Below, in pieces: positions 8,803 to 16,926 of a stretch of 64,000 nt of DNA. Under the pieces are notes generated by a model that was not told where the DNA came from, made no database searches, and was given only the letters and a program-made list of their open reading frames with translations. Within the stretch, counting starts at the first letter, position 1, and each line of letters begins with the position of its first letter. This DNA is from Nanobdellota archaeon (lineage in GTDB: Archaea; Nanobdellota; Nanobdellia; Pacearchaeales; GW2011-AR1), in the NCBI GenBank assembly GCA_027334715.1, contig DAHWUG010000001.1, positions 107,158 through 171,157 of the forward strand, in the 5' to 3' direction. Both the position numbers and the translations under genes were made by a program.

Positions 8803-9080
8803 TTTTTTATTCTTTACCTTTTTTCAGTGCAAATTATGAAACCAGTGTTTTCTTTTTATACTTTATTGTAAACTATTGGATAGTTTTAGAATATCGAGTT
8901 GATTTTTCCAGTGGTAAAAGTCAATGTTATTATTTAACATATAAATTTTAATAAATTGAGCCTCCAGATAAATTAAAAGATCTGATAGACAATTCTGGTT
9001 TTAAACATATCAGAATTTTAGCTAATAATTCTAATATTTGTTGTCTTGAATTTAGAATTTCTGGCGAAAGTTTGAGATAA

Positions 9081-9632
9081 TTACTTTTCGTAATTCTTCA
9101 GGATTGCCTTGACATTCTTCAAAAGCTGTGCCATTGAGAATTCAAGCTGCTGCTTGTTCTTTGTTCCTGTGCACACAAGCTTTCCATTGCTGAAAAGAAG
9201 GAATGTTGCATTTGGCTCTACAAGCTTGTAGACAAGGCCTGGAAACTGCTCTGGCTCATATTCCGTGTTTTCCATTTCTATTGCAAGGAAATTAAGGTTA
9301 AGCTTTAAATTGATTGTTCCAGAAGCAACAATGTTCTGCACAGTTATCTTTGGCTTTGTGGTTATGTTAACATTTATTTTCCTTAGCTGCTTTATGACTG
9401 CCTGGATGACTTTTTTGACCTGTGCAATTGATTTTGTTCCTGTGCACACAAGATTCCCTGAACTGAAGACAAGGACAGCTGATTTTGGCTCTTTAACACG
9501 CAGAACAAGACCAGGGAATGTCTCTGGATTGTACTCTGTATTTGGCTGAGTTCTTGCCAGTTTTGTCAGGGGAATGGGCTTTTCAAGAGAAGTAGTTGCA
9601 ACAATGTTCTGTATTTTATAGGTGCTTACCAT
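9081..9632 (-). CDS. tbp: TATA-box binding protein
   Basis: 183 aa with two direct repeats (IQNIVAT.. and VQNIVAS..), each containing EQFPGLVY/ETFPGLVL. Confidence 0.9.
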   Translation of the reverse strand: MVSTYKIQNIVATTSLEKPIPLTKLARTQPNTEYNPETFPGLVLRVKEPKSAVLVFSSGNLVCTGTKSIAQVKKVIQAVIKQLRKINVNITTKPKITVQNIVASGTINLKLNLNFLAIEMENTEYEPEQFPGLVYKLVEPNATFLLFSNGKLVCTGTKNKQQLEFSMAQLLKNVKAILKNYEK

Positions 9633-9744
9633 TTTTTAACTAAAAATCATTTATAAATAACAGAAGAACGGCTTTATAAAGCTTTATAAATGAAATAATG
9701 AAAGTTACATAAATCTTTTTAAAACAAAAAGCATATTTCATAAA

Positions 9745-10204
9745 ATGAGAAGAAGCTTTTTGAAGATGATCATGCCATTTGCTTCTGCCTTATTTTTCAG
9801 TTCATGCGGCATTGTTACACTCCCAAACCTAAATAGAGTAGGAGAAAATTATAGGGGTTTTCCGGAAGAGCAGTTTTCTCCATCGCCGATTTTTAGGATG
9901 GCATACCATGACGCCTGCGAATGCGCACATTTGTCAGGAAACTTTGATGATATAAAATGGTTTCATGTGAAAACAAGATATATCAATTGCAGGTCTAAAA
10001 GCGGAAAATGCTATGGTTTATGGAGTCCTCCCCCATAACATTTATATTTCAAATGAAGTGTTTGAAAGCCTAAACTATTTTTCTTCACCAAATAAATTTT
10101 TTAGAGCAGTAAGGGTTCTTGAGCATGAGGATATTCATGACCTAAGACAGGATACTTCCCATACAGAAATTTTTCGCAAATGTGGTCTTGCTTTTCTCAA
10201 TTAA
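9745..10204 (+). pseudogene. small lipoprotein-like HExxH protein, frameshifted at a C5 run
   Basis: ORFs 9745-10038 and 10013-10204 overlap in different frames. Deleting one C from the C5 run at 10030-10034 fuses them into about 152 aa. The fused product has a signal peptide plus lipobox-like FFSSC and an HEDIH motif. Confidence 0.45.
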
Positions 10205-11926
10205 TCATCCATATTTCCAGTTTCTTTTCTGGCCTTCAAAATCTTTTTTTATTTCCTTCAATGTTGAAATGTCATCAGGACTCTTATCCGGGCGCAATGC
10301 TGTAAATCTCGGGAATCTGAGGGCAAATCCTGAATTGTAATTTGGAGAATTCTGGATTTCCTGATAAGTCACTGCCACAACAATTTTTGGTTTTATTTTT
10401 ACTGTTTTTCCTTTTTCTTCCAGGAAATAAGGCCTTAGTTTTTCTGTTAGCTCATTGAATGAAATATCCTCATTCCCCCCTTCTGTTGCTTTTTCCTTTA
10501 TTCCTGTTCCCACTTTTCCTATTTCCAAAAACTTTCCTGTTGAATCATCCTTGCATGAAAGGATATAACTTGAAAGCCAGCCAGAACGCTTTCCTGTTCC
10601 ATATTCCCCGCCTGTGATGACCAAATCCAAATCGCGCTCTTCCGGCTTCATTTTTAGCATGTTCCCAACCCTGCTTCCCGGCTGATAAATAGCCTGAAGG
10701 TTTTTGAACATAATTCCTTCCTGATTGTCGTGCAGAGCTTTTTTGTAGAATTTATCAGCTTCTTTTTCATCGCTGGTAATTATCTGTTTTGCGTGGATTA
10801 TTTTGTAAGGCTCATTTTTGATAATTTTTCTTAAAAGTTCTGTTCTCTTCCCAAAAGGGGCATTAAGCATTGATTTTCCATTGTAATAAATGATGTCGAA
10901 AACATTGACTTCAACAGGAAGTTCTTCCTGTAATTTTTCTATGTCATATTTTCTTCTTATTCTCTGGCTGATTTCCTGAAACGGCTTGTATTCCCTGGTT
11001 TTTCTGTCAAAACCAACTGCTTCTGAATCAATAATGAACGAATCTCCCTTCACATATCTTTTTATGTAATCAATAACTTCTGGAAACTGCCTTGTAACAT
11101 TTTCCAATCGGCGTGTGAATAAAATTATCTGATTTTTATTTTTGTGAATTTCAAGTCGGAAACCGTCGTATTTATATTCTATTGCGCATGGCTTCCCAAC
11201 CCTTTCAAAGCCATCTTTTATGTTTTTTGCCTTTTGTGCAAGCATGACCTTTATAGGTTTTCCAATTTCAAGCTCAAGAACATTTAGCTGTTTTATTTTT
11301 CCTGTTTTCAGTATCTCAAAAACAGAAGCAATATCATTTGTCTTGTCTATGGCGTCCTGAAGTTTTTTTATTGCCTCTTTTTTGTCAGAAAAAAATGTTA
11401 CAGCCATTGAATCACGAATTGTGCTTTCCTTGACTCCGATTCTTAAGTCACCTATAAGAGTTCTCACAAGATACAAGGCTTCAATTGGATTTGCAGATGT
11501 AAGCAGCTCAACAATCAAGGACAATTTTTTTTCAACAGTTCCTTTTCCCTCCAGGGAGGGAAGCTTCCTCAAATTTTCCAGGACTTTTTCCGTCGTGAGA
11601 ACATGCCTTTGCAAAGTCGCCTGCTTCTTTTTTTCCGTGAGTTTTTCAGCAACTTTTCCCAAGTCGCCAATTTCCTTCCATTCATGCAAAACCCCTGCCT
11701 CTTCTGTTCCTGTTGCCTTTGAAATTGCCTTTATTGCAAGCTGGCTGCTTATTCCAATTCTTCTTTCGTCATATTCAGGATAAATTTCTCCAAGAAGAAG
11801 ATAAATAATGTCCTTGTTTTTTTCAGGAATTTCTTTGAGGAAATGGGAAAGGATTTCTATTTTTTCAAGCCTTTTTGCAGTGTTTCCTGCCTTATTGTAG
11901 AATTCTGCCAGCTTTGAATAGAGCAT
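10205..11926 (-). CDS. lig: ATP-dependent DNA ligase
   Basis: About 573 aa. It has the adenylation motif EYKYDGFR (KxDG) and an OB-domain C-terminus. The track start at 11929 is TTG; the ATG is at 11926. Confidence 0.9.
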   Translation of the reverse strand: MLYSKLAEFYNKAGNTAKRLEKIEILSHFLKEIPEKNKDIIYLLLGEIYPEYDERRIGISSQLAIKAISKATGTEEAGVLHEWKEIGDLGKVAEKLTEKKKQATLQRHVLTTEKVLENLRKLPSLEGKGTVEKKLSLIVELLTSANPIEALYLVRTLIGDLRIGVKESTIRDSMAVTFFSDKKEAIKKLQDAIDKTNDIASVFEILKTGKIKQLNVLELEIGKPIKVMLAQKAKNIKDGFERVGKPCAIEYKYDGFRLEIHKNKNQIILFTRRLENVTRQFPEVIDYIKRYVKGDSFIIDSEAVGFDRKTREYKPFQEISQRIRRKYDIEKLQEELPVEVNVFDIIYYNGKSMLNAPFGKRTELLRKIIKNEPYKIIHAKQIITSDEKEADKFYKKALHDNQEGIMFKNLQAIYQPGSRVGNMLKMKPEERDLDLVITGGEYGTGKRSGWLSSYILSCKDDSTGKFLEIGKVGTGIKEKATEGGNEDISFNELTEKLRPYFLEEKGKTVKIKPKIVVAVTYQEIQNSPNYNSGFALRFPRFTALRPDKSPDDISTLKEIKKDFEGQKRNWKYG

Positions 11927-11960
11927 CAATAATAGAAGATATCATAATTTTTAAGCCTGT

Positions 11961-12545
11961 TTATCTAAATCCCCTGGACTTCTTTGCAGAACTTGTCAAT
12001 CCATGGAAAACTCTGCCCTTATTCTCGGGTTTTGCAATCCATGAAATAGTGGGGTCATTTTTTATCTCTGGCCTTTCCGGATCCACAAGAATTACTTCAT
12101 AGAAAAAGTATATCCCGTCTTTTCCAACCTGATAAGAATTAAGAACTTCCATATTTGTGAATTTTTTTGCAGCTCTTTGCTCTGCAATCCACTGATAGTT
12201 CATTGTAAGATTTTTTCTTGTATGGAGCCTTTTTCCCCTTCTTCCCTTGTTTGGTCTTGACCTTCTGTGACCGCCACGCATAAGCCTTACCCTGACGATG
12301 ATAAAACCCTTTTTTGCCTTGTAACCAAGAGCTCTTGCCCTGTCCAATCTAAGTGGCTTTTCCACTTTTGTAAGAACAGGGGATCTTCTCCACTGAATCA
12401 TTCTTTCTCTCATGACTTTTATGTCGGGTTTTTTCCAGGCCTGCTTTATGTGATGATACATTCCTTTGTATGAAACAGACTTTTCTTCTGAGCCCGATTT
12501 TGTTTCCTTCGACTTTTTTTCCTTTGCTTCTTTTGCTTTAGCCAT
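11961..12545 (-). CDS. rpl15e: 50S ribosomal protein L15e
   Basis: 194 aa. The region QWRR.PV...EKP.RLDRARALGYKAKKGFIIVRVR..RGG is diagnostic of L15e. It has a Lys-rich N-terminal extension. Confidence 0.9.
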   Translation of the reverse strand: MAKAKEAKEKKSKETKSGSEEKSVSYKGMYHHIKQAWKKPDIKVMRERMIQWRRSPVLTKVEKPLRLDRARALGYKAKKGFIIVRVRLMRGGHRRSRPNKGRRGKRLHTRKNLTMNYQWIAEQRAAKKFTNMEVLNSYQVGKDGIYFFYEVILVDPERPEIKNDPTISWIAKPENKGRVFHGLTSSAKKSRGFR

Positions 12546-12591
12546 GATTTATCAAGAAAAAGTTGGTTTTTAAAATTATTGAAAATAGAAA

Positions 12592-12666
12592 TGAGGCTGC
12601 AAGGATTTGAACCTTGGACCCCGGCCTTATCAGAGCCGTGCTCTAGCCAGGCTGAGCTACAGCCTC
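12592..12666 (-). tRNA. tRNA-Ile (GAT)
   Basis: The reverse complement folds as GAGGCTG TA GCTC AGCCTGGCTA GAGC A CGGCT CTGATAA GGCCG GGGTC CAAGG TTCAAAT CCTTG CAGCCTC A. Length 75 nt, no intron. Confidence 0.9.
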
Positions 12667-12716
12667 ATTCAACTAACCAGTAAATTGCATATTTATAAGT
12701 TTTCTTACTCCAGAAC

Positions 12717-13460
12717 TTATTCAGTCGAATCCAATTCAAGAGTAAGGACTCCGTTAGAAAGATTGTAACTGTTTATTGGAAGGTTTATTGGAATTATTTT
12801 GTAAAAAACTTTTTTTGCCGCAAGCGCTTTTATTTCAATGCTGCTTTCAAGCTGGATTATCGACAAATCGCTTACATTTTTCACTCCAGGAATCTTGATT
12901 TCATAGACAACTTTGTTTGAGAGCCTTCTTATGTTTGTTTGCGGCTCTTTTTTAGGCAATCCTGCAAACTTTTTAGAGTCTGAAACAGGAAGCTTTAATT
13001 TTTTCTGGATATTATTAATATTCTGGTTTTCCTGAATTTCCGGATTGTTTCCAAAGCTTCTTACTTTTATTTCAGGAGGTTTGTCTCCTGAAGTGCTTAT
13101 TGAGATGCTTATACCTCCCTGTTTTTTTGTGATTTTCTTCCCTTGCTGATTGTTGTTTTGCTGTTGATTCTGGTTATTCTGCATGCCTTGCTGCATCTGC
13201 TTATTCAAGTCTTTTAAAAGAGAATTGAACAGTGCATTAAGCCCCATTGGCATTTTGATTCCTTCTGGTTCAAGAATATCATTTCTTCCAAGCATCCCCC
13301 ATTCTTCATTGTCAAATACATCTTTTAAAGGGGCATTGCAGTATGGGCAATAATTAAAATCATCTTTCACTTTTTCTCCGCATCTTCTGCATTTTTTTTT
13401 GCCGAACATAGAATAGTAATCAATGCCTTTGTTTAAATAATTTTCGAAGGTAAAGTCCAT
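12717..13460 (-). CDS. zinc-ribbon protein with Q/N-rich linker and HSP20/alpha-crystallin-like C-terminal domain
   Basis: It has CRRCG...CPYCNAPL near the N-terminus and a C-terminal VVYEIKIPGVKNVSDLSI...SNGVLTLEL pattern. The track start at 13481 is GTG and overlaps tRNA-Gly, so I trimmed to the ATG at 13460. Confidence 0.5.
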   Translation of the reverse strand: MDFTFENYLNKGIDYYSMFGKKKCRRCGEKVKDDFNYCPYCNAPLKDVFDNEEWGMLGRNDILEPEGIKMPMGLNALFNSLLKDLNKQMQQGMQNNQNQQQNNNQQGKKITKKQGGISISISTSGDKPPEIKVRSFGNNPEIQENQNINNIQKKLKLPVSDSKKFAGLPKKEPQTNIRRLSNKVVYEIKIPGVKNVSDLSIIQLESSIEIKALAAKKVFYKIIPINLPINSYNLSNGVLTLELDSTE

Positions 13461-13476
13461 GCTTTCATGGATTTTA

Positions 13477-13585
13477 TGCACCAGCCGGGAATTGAACTCG
13501 GATCACGAGCTTATTCCGTTTGACGAATGCATATACATGTAGTCATTCATGGGAAGCTCGTATTCTGCCATTAAACCACTGGTGC
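13477..13585 (-). tRNA. tRNA-Gly (CCC) with 38-nt intron
   Basis: The reverse complement folds as GCACCAG TG GTTT AATGGCA GAAT A CGAGC TTCCCA[38-nt intron]A GCTCG TGAT CCGAG TTCAATT CCCGG CTGGTGC A. There is one A-C mismatch in the T stem. An alternative register would read TCC. Confidence 0.7.
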
Positions 13586-13650
13586 ATGTTTTCTGTAAAT
13601 ATAGTTTCCATTTAATAAATTTTTATATACACAAATTGCTTTTCTTAATT

Positions 13651-14013
13651 ATGGTAAAAAGGCAGGTAAGATGGAACATGGAAACAGATACCGGGGAGCA
13701 GGTAAGACTAAGGCACAAATATACTTTTTTGGTGGTTAATGAGAACAAAGAAATAAACAGGATTACAGAGAGGATATTCCAGCAACTGGCTCCTGTTGAT
13801 GAATATGATCATATTGGAGTTTACCATATAAAAAAATCAAATGGGCTTCTCTGCGATGTATTTTCATTCCTTACAGATAAAGGAAGAATAGAACATCCTG
13901 AATTAATATACAATAATCTAATCAATTTTGTTCATGACAGGGATTTAAAATCTAGGCCAGAAGAAGACATCTTACCTTATCTGGAAAGGACACTGGGCGC
14001 AGGTATAAGTTAA
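13651..14013 (+). CDS. hypothetical protein
   Basis: The track ORF starts at 13549 inside tRNA-Gly, so I trimmed to the ATG at 13651 (120 aa). No family recognised. Confidence 0.4.
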   Translation: MVKRQVRWNMETDTGEQVRLRHKYTFLVVNENKEINRITERIFQQLAPVDEYDHIGVYHIKKSNGLLCDVFSFLTDKGRIEHPELIYNNLINFVHDRDLKSRPEEDILPYLERTLGAGIS

Positions 14014-14043
14014 CTTTTTATACATCTCCCTTCTTTAGGATTT

Positions 14044-15471
14044 ATGGCAAAAACCAATGAAAAATTTTACATAACAACTGCAATAGACTATGTTAATGCA
14101 AAGCCACATGTTGGCCACGCATTCGAGAAAACAATAGCAGACGCTCTTGCCCGCTGGAATAAACTGAAGGGCAAAAAGGTATTTTTTCTGACAGGCGTTG
14201 ATGAAAACGCACAAAAAAATGTTCAGGCAGCTGAAAAAGCAGGAATTCCAGTGAAGCAGTTTGTGGACAAGAATACCGGATTTTTCATTGAACTCTGCAA
14301 AAAACTAGAAATAAATTATAATGACTTCATAAGAACTACTGCAAAAGAACATGCAATAATCGTGAAAGAAATAATAAAAAAGATAATTGATAAAGGAGAC
14401 ATATACAAATCAAATTATGAGGGCCTTTATTGCACAGGCTGCGAAGAATACAAGGCAGAGAATGACCTTGTAAACGGAAAATGCCCTGAGCATAACAAAG
14501 AGCCGGAATTCAGGAAAGAAGAGGCCTATTTTTTCAAATTGAGCAAATACCAAAAACAGCTTCTTAAGATAATCCCCAAATATGTTGTTCCTGAAAAAAG
14601 GGCCAATGAAGTTCTTGTAAGGGTGAGGGAAGGCCTTAATGATATATGCATAACAAGAAAGGATGCACAATGGGGCGTTGATTTTCCCGGAGAAAAAGGA
14701 TTCAAGGTCTGGGTGTGGATTGATGCCCTGATAAACTATATTTCAGGATTGAAAGAAAAAGAAAAAGAATACTGGCCTGCAGATGTTCATGTTGTAGGAA
14801 AAGGGATAAACTGGTTTCATTCTGTTATCTGGCCCGCACTACTTCTTTCAGCAGGGTACAGTCTTCCAAGAAGTTTGCTTGTTCATGGTTACCTGACTCT
14901 AAAAGGGGGAAAAATAAGCAAAAGCACAGGTAATGTAATCGACCCTGTTGCTCTTTTAGAAAAATATGACAGCGATTCTGTAAGATACTCTTTGCTCAGA
15001 TGCTCTGTATTTGAAGATTCTGATTACAGCGAAGAAATTCTAAGGGAAAGACACAACAACGAGCTTGCGAATAAACTTGGGAATTTAGTCAGCAGGGTTA
15101 CATCATTGGCTGAAAAATACGGAATAGAAAAGTCCGAGAATAAACTGATTAAAAAATTAAAGCTAAAGGAAATAGAAAAAAATATTGATGAATACTTCCT
15201 GGACAAAGCGCTTAGCGGGATATTTGCATTCATCGACATTTGCAATGAACATGTCCAGAAAAACAGGATATGGGAAACAGGAAACAAAAAACAGATTTAT
15301 GAGCTTTTAGACAGCATAAAGGCGATTGCAATCTTGCTGTGGCCGTTTATTCCCAAGGCAAGCGAGAAAATCGCGAAGAACCTTGGCATAGAGATAAAAT
15401 ACAAAGATATAAATCTGCCCCTGAAAATAAACAGGATAAAAAAGGCAGAAATCTTGTTCAGAAAAACATAG
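14044..15471 (+). CDS. metG: methionyl-tRNA synthetase, catalytic core only
   Basis: 475 aa. It has a HIGH-type motif (KPHVGHAF), a zinc knuckle (CTGCEEY...CPEH) and a KMSKS-type motif (KISKSTGN). The C-terminal tRNA-binding domain is absent. Confidence 0.9.
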   Translation: MAKTNEKFYITTAIDYVNAKPHVGHAFEKTIADALARWNKLKGKKVFFLTGVDENAQKNVQAAEKAGIPVKQFVDKNTGFFIELCKKLEINYNDFIRTTAKEHAIIVKEIIKKIIDKGDIYKSNYEGLYCTGCEEYKAENDLVNGKCPEHNKEPEFRKEEAYFFKLSKYQKQLLKIIPKYVVPEKRANEVLVRVREGLNDICITRKDAQWGVDFPGEKGFKVWVWIDALINYISGLKEKEKEYWPADVHVVGKGINWFHSVIWPALLLSAGYSLPRSLLVHGYLTLKGGKISKSTGNVIDPVALLEKYDSDSVRYSLLRCSVFEDSDYSEEILRERHNNELANKLGNLVSRVTSLAEKYGIEKSENKLIKKLKLKEIEKNIDEYFLDKALSGIFAFIDICNEHVQKNRIWETGNKKQIYELLDSIKAIAILLWPFIPKASEKIAKNLGIEIKYKDINLPLKINRIKKAEILFRKT

Positions 15472-15590
15472 GCTTAGCTCAAAATATTGGTTTCAACTTC
15501 ACTCATCCTTAGATTAAATTTTTATTTATCATCATAAAAATATTTAAATAAGCCTTTTCTTTATATTTAGAATAAGGAATCTGAAAAAAG

Positions 15591-16919
15591 ATGGTGAAGA
15601 AAAGAAATAAGAGGTTTAATCTTTCTAACAGGGCTCTTTACACATTTATAACATTTGGAATAATTATTATCTTGGCTGTCGGAATTTATGCTTTGACGCC
15701 AGGTGTTGCGCCAAATCCGGGGCATTTGATTACAGATGTTGCACCTCCCTCTAACTGTTCTTCTGGACAGTTTCTTCAGTTTAATGGAAGTAACTGGGAT
15801 TGCGCAAGCGTACAGCAGAGTTCTGTCCTGCAAGGAGGATTGAATGTGACTATTATACAACCTCCATCAGATGCAAGTTTTGTTAATTGGGTGCCAATTT
15901 TAGCAACAGTTGTAAATTATAGCCCTGTAAGTGTGCAATTTTATTTAGATGATTCTCCTTTAGGAAAATTCTTTACATCACCTCTTTATGCAATGGATTG
16001 GTTAAGCAATGAAACCCCTGACGGAAATCATACAATTTCTGTAACAGCAACTGACTCTTCTGGAAATCACGCAAGTGACAATGTTACAATATACTTACTG
16101 AACAACGCCTCAAAAAATATTTCTTCAGGATTTTTCTGCAATTATAATGGGGTTTGCGATGTTGGTGAAACCGCTTCCACGTGCGTAGACTGCATACCCC
16201 CTCAAACATCAGGATCATTATCAACATATTGTAATAATAATGGTTATTGTGAGCCGCAACTGGGAGAAAATTCTGTTAACTGTGGTGACTGTTACTCTTC
16301 TGGTTCAATTGGAGGTTCAGGTTGCTTCGTTCCTGGGACAGAAATTTCTACACCATCAGGAAAAGTTCCTATTCAGGACCTTAAATTAGGAGATGAAATC
16401 TTTTCAGTTAACACAAGCAGTAATAAACTTGTGCCTGAGAAAATATTATTCATTTACTCCATTCCTGCCGTGAAAACTATGAGGGTTGTTTTAAGTAGTG
16501 GAACAGTTTTAGTTGTAACACAAGAACATCCTTTTTATGACCCCCTGTCAAAAAGTTATAAACCAATAAAAGATTTTAAGCAAGGAGACAAAGTTCTTAT
16601 TTTCGAAAATTCAACTGCACAAGAATCAATAATAAGCTACATCGGATTCTTACCCTCATATGATGGACAGCCAGTGTATAACATGCATGTGAGCGGTCCA
16701 TTTCTCAACTTCCTCGCAGATAATGTTTTGGTTCATAATAAGGTAGCATATCCTACTGAAGGGGGAGTAAGTGGCAGTACTTCAGGAAGCGGCGGAGGTA
16801 ATGGAGGGGGAGGGGTTTGTTACTCTGTCCTTTTAGGTGGTGGAATACCTTGTAATGCTAATGTGTTTTTTCCTGGAAGTGCTATTTGTGCATCTGGAGA
16901 TATAATAACATGCTCATGA
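15591..16919 (+). CDS. secreted/anchored cysteine-rich surface protein with PNPGH module, Ig-like domain, CxxxGxC..GE...C..DC mini-repeats and an internal Hint domain
   Basis: 442 aa with an N-terminal basic stretch plus a TM segment (YTFITFGIIIILAVGIYA) and many N-x-S/T sequons. Domain motifs were read from the translation. Confidence 0.7.
   Translation: MVKKRNKRFNLSNRALYTFITFGIIIILAVGIYALTPGVAPNPGHLITDVAPPSNCSSGQFLQFNGSNWDCASVQQSSVLQGGLNVTIIQPPSDASFVNWVPILATVVNYSPVSVQFYLDDSPLGKFFTSPLYAMDWLSNETPDGNHTISVTATDSSGNHASDNVTIYLLNNASKNISSGFFCNYNGVCDVGETASTCVDCIPPQTSGSLSTYCNNNGYCEPQLGENSVNCGDCYSSGSIGGSGCFVPGTEISTPSGKVPIQDLKLGDEIFSVNTSSNKLVPEKILFIYSIPAVKTMRVVLSSGTVLVVTQEHPFYDPLSKSYKPIKDFKQGDKVLIFENSTAQESIISYIGFLPSYDGQPVYNMHVSGPFLNFLADNVLVHNKVAYPTEGGVSGSTSGSGGGNGGGGVCYSVLLGGGIPCNANVFFPGSAICASGDIITCS
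16323..16739 (+). other. Hint / bacterial-intein-like (BIL) autoprocessing domain, residues 245-383 of the 442-aa protein
   Basis: CFVPGTEI (Cys1, block A), VVTQEHPFY (TxxH, block B) and ADNVLVHN (block G, terminal HN). Residue +1 is Lys. There is no endonuclease insert. Confidence 0.65.
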
Positions 16920-16926
16920 TAAAAAA

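Noticed and set aside
8906-8918. TTCCAGTGGTAAA in the mcm-tbp intergenic region resembles the TCCAGTGGAAA core of archaeal origin recognition boxes.
   Set aside because: It is a single copy with an inserted T. There is no second ORB or inverted partner, no Orc1/Cdc6 gene in the window and no obvious unwinding element. An 8-mer core match is expected by chance about once or twice in 64 kb on both strands.
13461-13650. N-terminal extensions of track ORFs 12717-13481 (GTG start) and 13549-14013.
   Set aside because: Both extensions run into the intron-containing tRNA-Gly gene (13477-13585). Internal ATGs at 13460 and 13651 give non-overlapping genes.
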